A DNA stretch of 64,000 nucleotides, taken from NCBI GenBank assembly GCA_965637545.1, contig OZ281496.1, positions 13,454,001-13,518,000 of the forward strand. The letters are read 5' to 3'. The stretch is from Phallusia mammillata. Lineage: Eukaryota. Position 1 is the first letter of the stretch. Each line of letters opens with the position of its first letter. The notes beneath the pieces were generated by a model. The model was not told the DNA's origin. It ran no database searches and was given only the letters and a program-made list of their open reading frames with translations. Of the stretch, positions 1 through 12,748 are shown in pieces. Made by a program: the position numbers and the translations under genes.

Positions 1-1149
1 ATAAATGCGCTGCTCTGCCGTATTTACTATGTTCTATTGTTACTCATAAAAACGTAGAAACTTTCATGTATTGTCATTGTTATTTCGGTATACTGCTTGC
101 CATTTGATTGTTTTAGAAGTAACCTGACTTTCAACTGCCATTGTGATCAAAAGCAAGGAACAGTCAAATTCACCATACTGACAGACACAGAATTTCAGCG
201 ATTAACAAAACGTTACGCTCGAAATGCGGATTGTAAATTCGATAATTAGTGTGGTGTAAAAGCGAATGTTTGTTCTTGAACGTATAAGTTGAAATGTTTT
301 AATGCCTAATGCGGACAATCCCGTTATATGCTGTAACTTGTGTATCGTTTTGTAGTTGATACACAAACGTCCAGAAATCAACCAATTTTCAATTGCGTAC
401 TGTTTTCTGTTGTGTGGGGTAATGACCATGTATTGCCCATTGCTCACAAATATGGCGTGGGGTATTTTGTAGCGATTGCGACAGAACTCGTTTTTGACTC
501 GCTAGCTCAAAGCTTGCGAGGAAGTTAAAATGTGTAGCACCAAATCTCACTGTATTGACAAATCATTTTCGGACTTTGTAATATTTCCTGTCGCAGTTAA
601 TTAGGATGCAGATGCGTCTTTGTGATCTGGTGTTTATGTGCTTTCCGTATGCTTTGTCCTGTGCTGTGATTGGACGCTGCTTTGCGTGGGAATTGTGCAA
701 GAGCCAATGACAAGAGCACATGTGTACGATTTAACGCTTTTTTCCGGGTTATATATAAAACCGCAATCGTTTAATTCGATCTCTTTTCTTCCTGTTTGCC
801 TTCTTGTGCCTTTCAGAAGTAATAAACAAACGAACCGAAGTGCAATACACCTGTGTGAAGTTTCCAGGACTCCGTCGTGACAAGCCCAGGAGCTTAGGAT
901 GTTAAGGACTGTGGTATACCTCTCTAATTTGTAGTGACGTGGTTGTAACCTTGAGACTCATCAGCGAACATTAACATAAAAATCGAACACTACACATATA
1001 ACCGCGAAACAGTTTTGTTGTACGGCGAAAATCGGACGCCTTTCAGACAACGCTTTAATTTTTGTTTAGAATTGTTTAAAATGCGAAAATATAACACACA
1101 CAAAATACTGAAAAATTCTCCAGTGTAAGCATGACGAGGCATTGTAATT

Positions 1150-1800
1150 TGTAATTAGGTGTTTCTGCGCCAACAAACTCTTTTTTGCACCGTGGAGCAG
1201 AATATAAAAGTTTATAAACGGCTGCTACTTGCATTAACTTGTTGTTCAAGCTACTGTGTCTAATGCGCCAGAAACCGTTTCAGCTTCAAACGAATACAAA
1301 AAATCGCCATTATGAGACGCACCATGAATGGGCTTGCAATATGTCCTGGCTTAGCCTGGAGAGTCCGGATTTAAAGCTCTGTCCCAGTGTTCAGCCCGGA
1401 ATGCTTAAATGTCTAAATGCTACATAGTTTGCGTTCTGGACGTTATGTAGAATAGATGCTCCTCCAAAATTCTGAAGTTTCGGAAAATAGTCAGATGAGG
1501 AGGCGTGTGAGCAGTTACTGAGCAAATGTACTTTAAACTTGGACTTACTTTTTATAATTGATACGATTAATTCGTGCAGTGCATTCCGGTATAAAAACAC
1601 ACACTTTATATAATTGTTCATTTATCCGTCTTGCTTCAATGCAATTTAAAACAACAAAGAAACTTGTCATTTTAGCCCATTGTTGTTATTTTGAACTGAT
1701 GGTTTTCTTTTCCATTATGCCTCACTTCTTGATGAGTCTACAGCGATTAATCAATTTCTATAATACGTTTTCGTCGAAGGCGCTTCCTGGTTTCGGAGAG
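1150..1800 (+). pseudogene. Highly degenerate hAT (Buster/Charlie-like) transposase remnant
   Basis: Broken-frame motifs RHYETHH (about 1310, BED-finger-like) and LLDESTAINQFL (about 1725-1760, like the first catalytic DESTD motif). Many stops and frameshifts; boundaries approximate. Confidence 0.35.
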
Positions 1801-2249
1801 TCGCGCGCCTTCATTGTTTCTCATTCCTGTTTTTGTTGCGACGATCAGGTTTATTGAGAGATTTGAACAAGTTTTTTAACGTGCTTGTGGACGATGTGTA
1901 GAAGAGGCAAGCGGCTAAATGCGCCCAAATTTGTGAACACAAACTGCAAATTATGTCTATACGTTGTAAAAGTCACTAAGAAGTCAATGTACAACCTAGT
2001 ATATAAGCCAGGGGTGTCCAACATGTGGCACGCGTGCCACGTTCTATCATGTTGGCCGAATATTCGGAATTGGCGCGAATCGTTAATAAATTAGCAAGAA
2101 TTTTACAACCTTCTGTTTCGTCCGGGAAAACCTGCAAAGGGTAACAATAGTAGCCTACACGTGAAGAGCTGGGCTACAAACTGTAGTGAAGATTTGGACG
2201 CGTAGGAATGAGCCCAATCATTGTCCAGTAAAATATTCCGTGTTTACAA

Positions 2250-3150
2250 ATAATTTTTATCTTAGTGTTTAATGAGCAATGGCTGCACTCGATCAAACTG
2301 CTTTTTCACAAAGGGAGAATTGGCTTTACAGTTGGTTAAGAATCTAACCCGGAGACTGTTAAAGTGGTAAACATCAGGTTTATGGAAAGGCTTTTAGCAT
2401 TTTTTGGTCGCAAAACTTGTTTACAACTTCTACTGCTGGTTGCCGCTCTTTTCAGATACATCGTAATCCGGGTTTCGAACCCCGTTAAACAAATATTGCG
2501 TTTATTTTTAACATAAACGACTATTCGATAAGAGCCTAGGTTATTTACAAGTAGGCAAAAGAAAATATTGAAATGGTAACATGAATGTTTTAAAATATGA
2601 TTTATTAAATGTAAATGGATCAGAAATATTGCTGCACATTTTTGTCCAAAGAATCCTACAAAAAGGTCTCTTTCAAATTAAATACTCGCGACGACATGGG
2701 TTTGTAAACAATTTTGAGATTAAATATACGACGACAACCAGTGCCTCGAAATGCCTCGATTTCTTTTTCTGTTTTGCTGATGCGACATTCAAATTGCTTT
2801 AAAGTTGTTGAAACATATTTAAAAAAATGTTTGAGTAAGAAGCTGCTGTTGTTCGCTTGCTGAGAAAGAGTTTTATCTGGGACATGTTACGCTGTCGAGT
2901 CAGCTTATAGTTGAGAGAATGAAGCATTGTTGGTGTTGCACAGGCGCCAGCTCGCCAAACTTTACCATCACTGCGGCACCGCCTGTTACGCATACACTTA
3001 ATACTTTGCAGCTGAGTTTTTTTGCCGTTTCATGCAAATTGAAAACTACTCTTCCACTAATAAATTTGAAGCCTTGTGTTACCAGAGCCTTTCTTATAAA
3101 TCAGCTGTTGCCACTTTTGCGAAATGTTAGCCTTTAAACAGCAGCTAACC
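2250..3150 (-). pseudogene. Possible degenerate Ac/ZBED-type hAT transposase remnant
   Basis: Minus-strand fragments KFISGRVVF..ETAKKLSCKVLSVC (BED-like) and ETRITMYLKR (like TRWNSTYxMLKR). Heavily decayed. Confidence 0.3.
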
Positions 3151-4573
3151 TTGCTACTGTCTCTTCAAGTTAAATATTTTCTTTTGATTTAAACATTGAA
3201 TGGATTGAGCTCTGCTTTTTGGAATCGCGATTTCCGGTTCTCCACTGCTCTTTTGTTTGATCTGATGCTTGAATTCCAAATATCTTAGTAAATTGTAGCC
3301 ACCACTCACGATTCTCTCTATTACCACTTGAACTCTGCATGTTGATTTTACAGTAATCTCAGATGTAAACGTGTTGGTTTGACAAGTAACAAGGATATTA
3401 TCATGACAACACAGTCAAATGACAAAACCGCGCTAAAAAATGACCTAAAAACTTTTCGCTTCTTTACTCCCATAACTATTAAACAACGGATTGCACGTCT
3501 CAGAAATTTTCGGTGTTACATCTCCACGTTAAGTTCAAAATGACTTGTCTCACTGTTCCCCCTGTTGTGACGTTACAATCGCAATGTGCGTAACGGTAAA
3601 ACAGAAATACCATTGTCTGCATATTGCAATAATTGGGTTAATTTACTGTACAGCATTAAGTAAATTCTTCTGTGTTGCATTTTTAGACAGGACCGAATAT
3701 TCGGCCATGTAGCTGGCCAACAAATCTAGCAAAAATTCAACAGATAACGTCACTAAATAAATAAATTTGATTAGGGAACAAATTTCACAGACGGCAGTGT
3801 TAAGTATTAACCAGCAAGTTCATGATGATGATGTTCATTATAATGACAAAGAGTACGAACATGTTATTTCAGAAGAATTTGCACCTGGTCTTGGAAACAA
3901 GTATCGCTAGAATGTAAATCGAAACTTAAAAAAATGGTATAACTTTGGAAGTAGGAAATCTTAAAAGAGTAAACCTGGTATAATCTTTAACCACAAATTC
4001 TATGCCTTCATTTGGTTATTTAGTTACAACCACGAAATGCGACATTAGCCGAAAGCAGAGGCTCCTATTTGAAAATAATATTTCGCTAAAGTTCCAATAA
4101 ACGAAAATGTCGGTGCCATCTGAACGCAGATTCAGTGATGGAGTTCCATGGCAAATTAAAGATGGACCAGAGATAGAAAAGAAGGCTCTACCATATTCCA
4201 TGACGTAGCAATTCTCGGGGAAACTACCTACGTATCTATTAATCAAGACATATATTTAATCGATACTTTAATGGTAACGGTAACACAGTATATTCAAACA
4301 AAAACACCGTTACCGCAGTGACGTAATGGAAAAATACTGAGGTAATGGTCACGCACTGTTGTGCAGCTACATGCCGTTACTGTTACCGACAGGGTTGCCA
4401 TCGACTTAAAACCAAAAAAGTTTATTTTCATGCTGACAAAACAAACGTTTTTGAACAAATCTTTGCATTTGTACGAGCCATGACATGTCATATGCAATAT
4501 TTTGGCCAGAAACAATCTTTTGCAACTACTTGTTTGTAGAAAATACTTCGTGAATCTCACAAGAGCTTAGGTC

Positions 4574-4634
4574 TAAGCTGCAGGCAGTGCACACTGTTTC
4601 GACCTATAGTTATACGGTCTCATCAGTGCAGCTG
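4574..4634 (-). ncRNA. Minimal type I hammerhead ribozyme, cleavage triplet changed GUC>GCC
   Basis: Reverse complement reads AGCUGCA-CUGAUGA-GACC(guauaacuaua)GGUC-GAAAC-AGUGUGCACUG-CC-UGCAGCU: full core and stems I-III, but NUH is NCH. Confidence 0.75.
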
Positions 4635-4699
4635 TGCTCCCAACAAACTGGAGTGTCGTTGAATGGCTACACTAGCCAATGCGGCCGATCTCTCGTCAC

Positions 4700-4754
4700 C
4701 AGCTGCACTGATGAGACCTTATAGGTCGAAACAGTGTGCACTGTCTGCAGCTTA
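4700..4754 (+). ncRNA. Minimal type I hammerhead ribozyme (Penelope/retrozyme-type)
   Basis: AGCUGCA (stem I) CUGAUGA GACC-uuaua-GGUC (stem II) GAAAC AGUGUGCACU GUC (near-palindromic stem III; GUC at 4743-4745) UGCAGCU (stem I partner). Confidence 0.85.
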
Positions 4755-4896
4755 TCATTTATTGGATCTATGCTTTTACATACTTTAGGTCTAGGTTTAA
4801 TGTTACTTGTAGCAAGGATTTGACTAGTAGTTGTTAAAAATAAGACAAAAGAAGGACTTAAGTCAAAAATAAGGACATTTCTTAGAAATAAGGACA

Positions 4897-5416
4897 ATGA
4901 ACATTTCTAAGACCCCTTTGACGGGAGCGAAGATAATGCCGGGCAGAAATTTTCTCCAAGCCTGTGCACTCCGCACCCAAACATTCCCAACCCGCGAGGC
5001 AGTCACCAGAAAAAGAAGAAGAGGGGCAACTCCGGAATGCCGCCTTTGCGGATTACCAGGCGGGACGCTGTCTCCTCTCCTGCCGATCTGCCGCCATTAG
5101 ACGAATAAGATCAGAACGCAGTTTCGCAGGTGGTGATTGACCACCTTTGCTGGAAGAGAAGAACTGAGCCAACTAACCCAACTCCTGCGGGCAGCGTCAT
5201 TAAACCCGACGTATATGCCAGATGCCCAGAAGGAGGCATTACATCTAGGATGCCGCCTTCATCTACGAAAGCGATGAGGACTCGTTGGTAAGAGCGCGGA
5301 TCAACGAGTTCAAGAAATACCGCGCTCTTTGCAAGACCATCGCTGATTTCCTTCGAGTCCCATTCAACAACAGTAGGGGCATGAGCTCTCCCACTATCAA
5401 TCCATCAACTAGGTAA
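4897..5416 (+). pseudogene. R2-like (RLE-type) non-LTR retrotransposon, C-terminal part: CCHC knuckle plus restriction-like endonuclease
   Basis: GRNFLQACALRTQTFPTR..CRLCG..TLSPLLPIC (decayed CCHC). TEPTNPTPAGSVIKPDV with KPD at 5202-5210. After a frameshift, DAAFIYESDEDSLVRARINEFKKY; stop at 5414-5416. Confidence 0.75.
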
Positions 5417-5949
5417 GCAGGCGGGTATACCCAAAAGCAGACTCAGGCTATTAAAGGGAGCCTAAAAATCTTTCGATTATTGATGGCCCTGTAGGTAGGT
5501 CATGAATACCATTCGGTATGATGCATTGCGAAGGGGAAGCTGTCCTTTGCGTGGCAGTGAAACCTTCAATTTAAAATATGCGACATGACCCCTCACCGCC
5601 GCGGCTTAAAGTCGAACACTATTTTTGAATAAGTCCAGACCCTCCTCCTAAGGCCATACGAAAGTTCTCTTCGGAGGTAATCATCGGACTGATTCCGGTA
5701 AAAGTTTTAATTATTAGGGCAATTCCCATAGCCCCTACAACAGCGAGGCGTGCCCCACAATATATGGGATGCAAGGCGTACGGCCCAATTCCTTATGTCC
5801 CAAGTTTTTACTGAATTCCCAAAACCATACGAAAAAAAAAACGGTCTGATTTTGTTTATCGGACGGCGATAATCTCACTTTGATTTTCAAACAGGGAACC
5901 GGCTCAAAGCAGCCGGGGATTGAGTACAGGGGTCAACTGCAGTACGGAA

Positions 5950-6975
5950 GGCGATGCACAACTCCACATCCTAAAGTAAGTGCGGTCGTGTTTGGCGACG
6001 CCTTGCTGTTCACTTTTTTGAAGTAGTGGGGTTGTAAGACGTGGAACTGAGCAACCTGGTGATGGTTCTTTCTGTTGTGATCGGCGCCACTTGCTCCACC
6101 AAACGTGGGCCTCATCCACATTGGCTTACAACCAGAGTTTGGAAGAAGTGGATACAACGGGGCGACATGCTTACCAAGTACCAGAACTTCAGGCATTAGC
6201 TCGCGTCGAAAATATTGTCGGGGACAAGGCTCCAGGCGGGCAAGTAAAGTTCAGTTTTGAACTTGCGCGACTTCAGATTGTAAACCGTATTCGCGAGCAA
6301 ATAAAACAGATGAGAAAGACTGGGAATGACGAGATTAAAGAATCGACTCTAGCGGAGATCCAAAGCATGGCAATGAGGTTTATCTCTCTTGCAGTGAAAC
6401 TACAGCAGACCCTCTCGGCAGTTCTCAGGAGGAAGAACTAGCTGTTGGAGGAAATTCCTAGCTTGCGTGGGCGAGCTACAGAGGGCAAATCGGCCTGCAG
6501 GTGCCAAGGGTACCGCTAGACGCGAAAATTCGAATGCACCACCCAAAAGTGTAGAAGGAAGATTTTGCACGAGAAGACGACAGGAGAATTGCATGCTGTA
6601 ATCTCTATGGCGAACGAACAAGCGTAGATTGGGCAAAGTTTTTCTGGACAATGCTCCCATTAATCCAGATAACTTTCCATCAATCTAAAAGATACAGGCC
6701 GAGTTCCGCACTCGCTTCGAGGAGGGCCGAACCAAATCAACATTGCAGGAATACGAAAAGTTGGCGTTTCCACGTTAACTGCTCTCTTCAACTCATTACT
6801 GGAGGCTGGTAGAAGTCCATTGTGGACAAAAAATGTCGGACCACTCTGATTCCAAAGTGCGACGACCACTGGGAACTGGGGCCGATTGCAGTTGGTTCCC
6901 ACTTCATCCGCCTCGATAATCGCGCTGAGCGACATGCTCGCAAAGCTGCAATGTTGCTTGCCAGACCCCAACGCG
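5950..6975 (+). pseudogene. R2-like non-LTR retrotransposon, N-terminal part: zinc finger, Myb-like, start of RT
   Basis: Across frameshifts: C..C..TCSTKRGLIH (ZF), YNQSLEE..PELQALARVE (Myb-like), LWRTNKRRLGKVFLD, TALFNSLL, CRTTLIPK..NWGPIAVGS (RT domain 0/1). Truncated near 6975. Confidence 0.75.
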
Positions 6976-8322
6976 CACAGTCAGCGCTTCTCTACCTGTG
7001 AAGTGTTTTTTTCTGTGTCGTTGGTATTTGCTTGCTGTTGTTTTACCTTTTTATTGTTGTTTTAATGCATGGTATTACAGAAACGATACCAATAGGCAAA
7101 ATATATATTTTCTTAAATATTATGGACTGATTCTGCTTCTTTGAAATATTCTTTCTCAGACAGGTATTTTAATTATAGTGACCTATGTCACGCAAAGGAA
7201 GCCTGAATCGTCTATGACTAAACCTCGTAGGTTGACACCGTGCAAAATAATTCGACATTGCAATGTGACACACCAAAGCGATAAAAATGACATTCTAACC
7301 AACTACACGTGCTAAGGAATGCAGGGGAATGCTATTAACGTAAATGCAACTCGATCCATTGCGCCAAAGTCGCGCCGACGTGTACCGAACGCCAAATTGA
7401 CTCAAATTGAGTTTTATATATACAATGAGCACAGTTCACGAAGCACTACTGCAAACAGTCGCTAGGTCAAATAATGTTTCATTAAGCAACCACAGCGTAA
7501 ACGATGTTGATTGCATAACAATGGCCTTGCCCCGACTGCCAAATTATTAATCTGTTAGGATACACAAAATCACTGTATGACCCACACGTAGGAAGCCAAA
7601 TCAAGGTGCCATTATCGAACCGTAAAAATGCTTGTCACAGTTCTAGAAAGTACGACAGCGTAAATTCTTTAGTTGAGTACGCAAGCATACCAAAAAAAAA
7701 TCTACTATTCGACTTCCGTTGAAGACAACGTTTTGCGACAAATTCACTCTCTTATGACGGCTTTTGCATATTACAAGCAACTTTATCAACAAACACCTTG
7801 TGTCGTGTGATATTCCGGCTACATCTTTTGGGTAGAGATATTGTGTATATCGTGGAATTGGTCACCTTCTACTGTTTGTTTTTATCGTCACAAGGACATC
7901 TTTTTGAAGCGTGTCCGTTCAAGGCATTGCAGTGACCTGCTGTCAATCTACGCCATTCCTTGTTTTTTGTTTGGTTTGCTTGTGCATTGATATCTTTACT
8001 CTTTCACTAGATTTCATTAAACACAATATATCTAAAGTGTGTAGTATTTAAGAGTGTAAGCATAAGTACTGGAAGCGTTTCTTTTCTATTTGAATCCCAC
8101 CATATTTAACCGCTATGCCCCAACCTTACTTTCTAGCGTGTCCACCAATTGTGCCCTTTACTTTTTAACGCCGACATTCGAAAAAAGCTTTCATGGATCT
8201 CAAAATGTATTCACTTCACGATTTGCTGATTGCGGGGCCCATGGACTATGGATTAAAGCCTTTCTCCATTTGATTCATTGTTGTGTATGACAGCGCCTCT
8301 AAAGCGTAGTATAGCCCTTACG

Positions 8323-9069
8323 ATCATCAGTTCGTTTTATCTAAACTTGTTGCATGTGAACATAAACAGCCATCATGTGTTTTTCCTGGTGTTGCCAAAA
8401 AATCAAAAGATTCTGAAAATTGTCCATAAAGTTTGCAGCCGCTTTGTGTTTGGGTATTCATCCAGAAAATGTGTATCACGGTAGCTTCAAAAGACAATGG
8501 CACAATGACAAGTGGTATTTTTTTCCTGTGCTTTACTGTCTCCTCGTGCTTTTTAAAATACTTAACCGTGACCCAAGTACAGTGGCAAACCTTACAATAT
8601 CCGTTTTTACTTTCGCTCGCTGTCGTACGATTGTTTCCATTTTTACATGACATTGTTGAACTTTTTAAACTAAATAAACTCGATGCTACTTGCCGGCGCT
8701 GACACGTTTTTCGGAACACAAATTTTATGATGTCCAATAAGCTCTGCCTAGCCCACAATTAATATTTTTTCTTTTGTTGCAATTGTAGCATTGATTTGTC
8801 AAAAAGGGCTTGTGTAACGTATACGGGAATTCAATGAAACAGAACCCATTGTAATGGCGCAGTTAGCGGATTTAAGCCGTAATTTGTGGTTTCAGAAGCG
8901 CAAACCTTAAAAAAAACAAAAACGCCCAATAAAACCAACTAATTACATAAACCGCCAAATTTTACAAAAGTACCCGCCAAACCACCAGTTGCTATTTTTG
9001 GTGCCAACTACATTCAAAAAAGCCAATTTTGAGGTATTTGGCCGCCAAACCGCCAAATTGGCAACCCTG
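8323..9069 (-). mobile_element. hAT element 5' end with transposase N-terminal fragment
   Basis: TIR TGGCAACCCTG ends at 9069 (= CAGGGTTGCCA). Minus-strand CKVCHC..KKHEETVKH zinc-finger fragment. Confidence 0.55.
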
Positions 9070-9642
9070 TGTCGCGTTTGGTCCTTGGAGAGACATATTA
9101 ACTCATTTAAGATTGCAAAGATGTCAGCCAAGTAAGCAATTCTGTGAAGTTGGATTTTAGATTCAAAAATGTTTTTAGTTTATTACGAAGATCAAAAACA
9201 CGTTTCAAAACTTTGACGGTTAGTCGGTACGGTTCTCAAATGGTCACCTATAATTTGTTAGGAATACAATGACGGATAAACGGGGCAAATCAGAACAATT
9301 ATTTTGTTCAACTCGGTTGATTTTTATGTTAAAGTCGGAAGAAGCGTGCAGTGCTGTAAACACTGACCTATATCCTGTTTCCATGGCTGTGGGTCCGATC
9401 GGACTTTTCTGCTTATATCGTCTCTGATAGGACGCTAAACAAATTTTATTTGCGTTTTAGCGGATCTCGTCAAAAGGGATTAGGAACTTTTGTTTGCTTC
9501 GATAGTTGTTGCCCATGTCTACTTTCAAACAGTTTTACAAAAGTATGGTTATTATGAATACCTTTAAAACGAAGTTATTTGCAATTCAGCTATTTACCCT
9601 ACAAAACAGAATTTTCAGGCGACCCTAGGTTGGGAAACACTG
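9070..9642 (-). mobile_element. Internally deleted Buster/Charlie-like hAT remnant
   Basis: Minus-strand HRIAYLADIFAILNEL motif. TIR GGTTGGGAAACACTG ends at 9642. Confidence 0.45.
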
Positions 9643-10194
9643 GTTTAAACAATAAATACACGAAGTATCTAAAATCGAAGCAAGAGCTGCACCTAACCTG
9701 CAGCTGTCGTGAAATGACTTGGGACCTACCAAAATTTTAAACGCTCAACACACCATATCAACCTAATTATTTCACTTAATGGTTTATGATTGACAGTAAG
9801 TAGACAATGGGCAACAGTACAACAGTAAAAAGTAGGCAGGCTACAAGGTGTGAAATGAAAAGTTTACTGACAGTGCAACCTCTACAACACCACGACAATG
9901 CAGTTTGTAAACAATTTTTGACCTATTATAAAAAATTTGCCAAATTAAAATACCGATCGGTTTTGTCTGTATCTGAGTAACCCAATACTGCAACAATGTT
10001 TCGTATGCTGTATGACAAAAACGGTCTTCCCAAACGACATTTAACAAACGGCATGTTTTTGGGTATGTTTTGTGTCCAGGTAGAGTAAAATCAGAACACT
10101 ATCGCATTTCGCCCAGAAGTTAAAACGTTGCCGTTCCAAAAAGTCTTTAGTTGTTATGATCGAGGCTGGCTAGTGATCACCAATTACGTTAAGC

Positions 10195-11580
10195 CAGCGG
10201 TTCCCAAACTGGGGTCCGCGGTCCTTTAGGGGTCCGTGAGGCAATTTTGGGGGGACCGCGAAGCGGTTGAAGTAATTCTATAATTCTCATTTGTGCCACT
10301 AAATAAGTTTAAATCAAATTAAAATTGAGAATCGACTGTCTCCATTGCCAAACAATAGCCTTTATTGCAGGGGTGGCCAACCCGCGGCTCTTCGCCTGGT
10401 TTTATGCGGCTCTTACGTCGTTGTCGAAGTTTGGGGGCCACTGTGTATATTTTGGTTAGTATGTAGCGATATGGTATTAAAATCGTTAAATGTAAAGTAA
10501 AGCTTTAACAATTTTGCTTTTAAACAAACTTATTATCGGTATGGCCACAGACCATGCCTTAAAACCGCAACCTTATGTGGCAATAATGCCTTGATTATGA
10601 TAGCATATATTCAATTGTTGAACAATGAATGCTTGCTCATTGTTGCGTACAATGCAAATGAGACACAAAGCAACAGCAATATTTACAACAAATGCGTTCC
10701 AAAATAAATAATGCTTCAATCCCTTGTTTTTCAGGTTATGACGAACGTTATATTTTATGGGCAGTTTCTCTTCGGTTTGAATTGAGCGATTGTTGGTGGT
10801 GAATGCATTAGTGACGTCGCAATGAATTTAGTTTCGCCACTTGGCATTTTTGTAAAACTCGGCGCCTAAGTTTAGGGCGCATGTGCGTTAGATGAAAATA
10901 CGCAAAGTTTCTCAGCAGGGAAGATCTTTTGAGTAAACAATTTTTGTTAAGTTAGCCTTTAAAATGGGAGAGAAATAAGGTCTTAGTAATTCATCAGACA
11001 TAAATCTCACCGCACGTTATTGATAGAATGAGAAAAAAGCGCATATTTTAATTCATATGTTTTTGCTTGTGGGTGTTGTTGAAATGGGAGTTTTGTGTGA
11101 ATAACAGTGCAAACCATTTATTGTTGAAAATTACTGGCACGCGGTCTGTACAAGTCAAATTGTGTCGTTAATATGTTGGTGTGCGACATTTAGAATAAAT
11201 CTGGCTAAGTACAGGTCTCTGTGTGTGAGGAAGGGACGAGGCAACGAACATGTGTGCCCGTGTGCATAATGTGGCTCTTTGTGGAAACACAGTAAAGAAT
11301 GTGGCTCTTAGGCTTTGACCGGTTGGCCACCCCTGCTTTATTGCATGACAACTATCAAAAATGCAATTGTTCGCGCACAATCGTAATGCTTTTTGTCTTG
11401 TCTGTGATGTCACAAGCTGTTTTTGGATGATTTTTTCCCGCAATTTTGCATAACTAGCTAAAATCCTGCAATCAACTTTCGTTTTATGAAATACACATTT
11501 AAGCTTAAGGACCGCGAGCACTCGAAATAATGGAAAAAGGACCGTTTTGAACAAAATATGAAAAAGTTTGGGAACCACTG
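10195..11580. mobile_element. hAT MITE (about 410 bp host) carrying a nested MITE
   Basis: Ends CAGCGGTTCCCAAAC / TTTGGGAACCACTG. TSD CGTTAAGC at 10187-10194 and 11581-11588. Empty site in the duplicate near 37500. Uninterrupted inverted copy at 40380-40799. Confidence 0.92.
10368..11335. mobile_element. Nested hAT MITE
   Basis: TIR CAGGGGTGGCCAACC / GGTTGGCCACCCCTG. TSD CTTTATTG at 10360-10367 and 11336-11343. Confidence 0.92.
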
Positions 11581-12059
11581 CGTTAAGCGGTAGTGTAACA
11601 AATAACTTATCGAAACAAAACCGTCTCATTTCGAACATTGTAATTTACGTTTGGCTGCGTGTGTCGCGTTGTTACAGCGTTCAACAGAAAGTGCTAGACA
11701 AATTCTACACCACATCGGCTATAAATCGTCTTGATGTTCTGTGATTGGACCCTGACTTTGTACACAAAGTTTGCGATGAGCCAGTAGTAGGGGAACAGGT
11801 GCAGTTCAGTGCCATATACCGGGTATGGGATTATTACATTTTATTCGTTATTGCCTGGTCGTTTAAAACAATTACGATTTTTTGGTTTGCACACCTAGTT
11901 CCTGAAATCTCATCTTGCTCGATTCTCTTCATAACGTGCGCAGTGTCGTTACATTAGCTGAACAAGATGGCACAAGAACCGTTTTGTTTTAAATGTACAA
12001 AACGAGGCAGGGATACCAACTGTGTGATGCTGCAATACTTGCCAAAAAAGACTTGTAAC

Positions 12060-12748
12060 TTAATAGTGTCTACTTCTCGTGTGTATCAACATGTGTCTTT
12101 TCAAATGTCCTCGATGGCTAAATGGTTTCTCACATATGTCACATCGATAGGGTTTCTCTCTCGTGTAGGTCGTCATGTGCATATTGTTAAATCTCCTCTT
12201 GCACCAAATCTTTTCTCACATACGCAGCATTGGTGTGGTTTCTCTTTTGTGTGAGTTATCATGTGTCTTTTCAATTATTGGTCCTGGCTAAACATTTTTT
12301 CACATACATCACATTGATGTTGTTTTTCATTAGTGTGAGTCAACTTGTGCCTTTTCAAATTTCCACCTTGACTGAACGTTTTCTCACACACATCACATCG
12401 ATAATCTTTCGTGGGGGAGTGAATTGCTATGTGTCTTTTTAAATCTGCGCGAAGACTGAACGTTTTGTGACAAACATAACATCGATGGGGTTTCTCTTTT
12501 GTGTGGGTCAACATGTGTCTTTTTAAGCCTGTGCTGCGGTTGAACTTCTTTTCACATACATCACATTGAAAGGTTGTTTTATTGGTGGGAGTCAATTGTT
12601 TTCGTTTGAAGGTACCTTTCTCAGAAACAGTGCTTTCATTTATTTTAGACAGTTGTTGACGTTTGGATCTCTCAGATAATTTCAGCTGATCACAAGCATC
12701 TGCACATTGCAGATCGGTTTGCTTCAAAATTAATTCCTGGGTCGCCAT
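12060..12748 (-). pseudogene. Tandem C2H2 zinc-finger gene, disrupted
   Basis: CxxC..HxxxH fingers with H-T-x-EKP linkers. In-frame TAA at 12275-12277 inside finger 4 (SQDQ*LKRH); further frameshifted fingers continue to about 12060. Confidence 0.85.

Noticed and set aside
5630-5695. HDV-like ribozyme in the R2-like 5' region (AGTCC..CCT-CCTCCTA-AGG..GGACT)
   Set aside because: P2- and P3-like pairings are possible, but I found no convincing P1 partner, no GG for P1.1 and no canonical J4/2. It needs an RNArobo/Infernal search.
8084-8095. TTCTATTTGAAT, partial SL match
   Set aside because: Only 12 nt, lacks the terminal AAG and is not followed by a recognisable element start; likely chance in AT-rich DNA.
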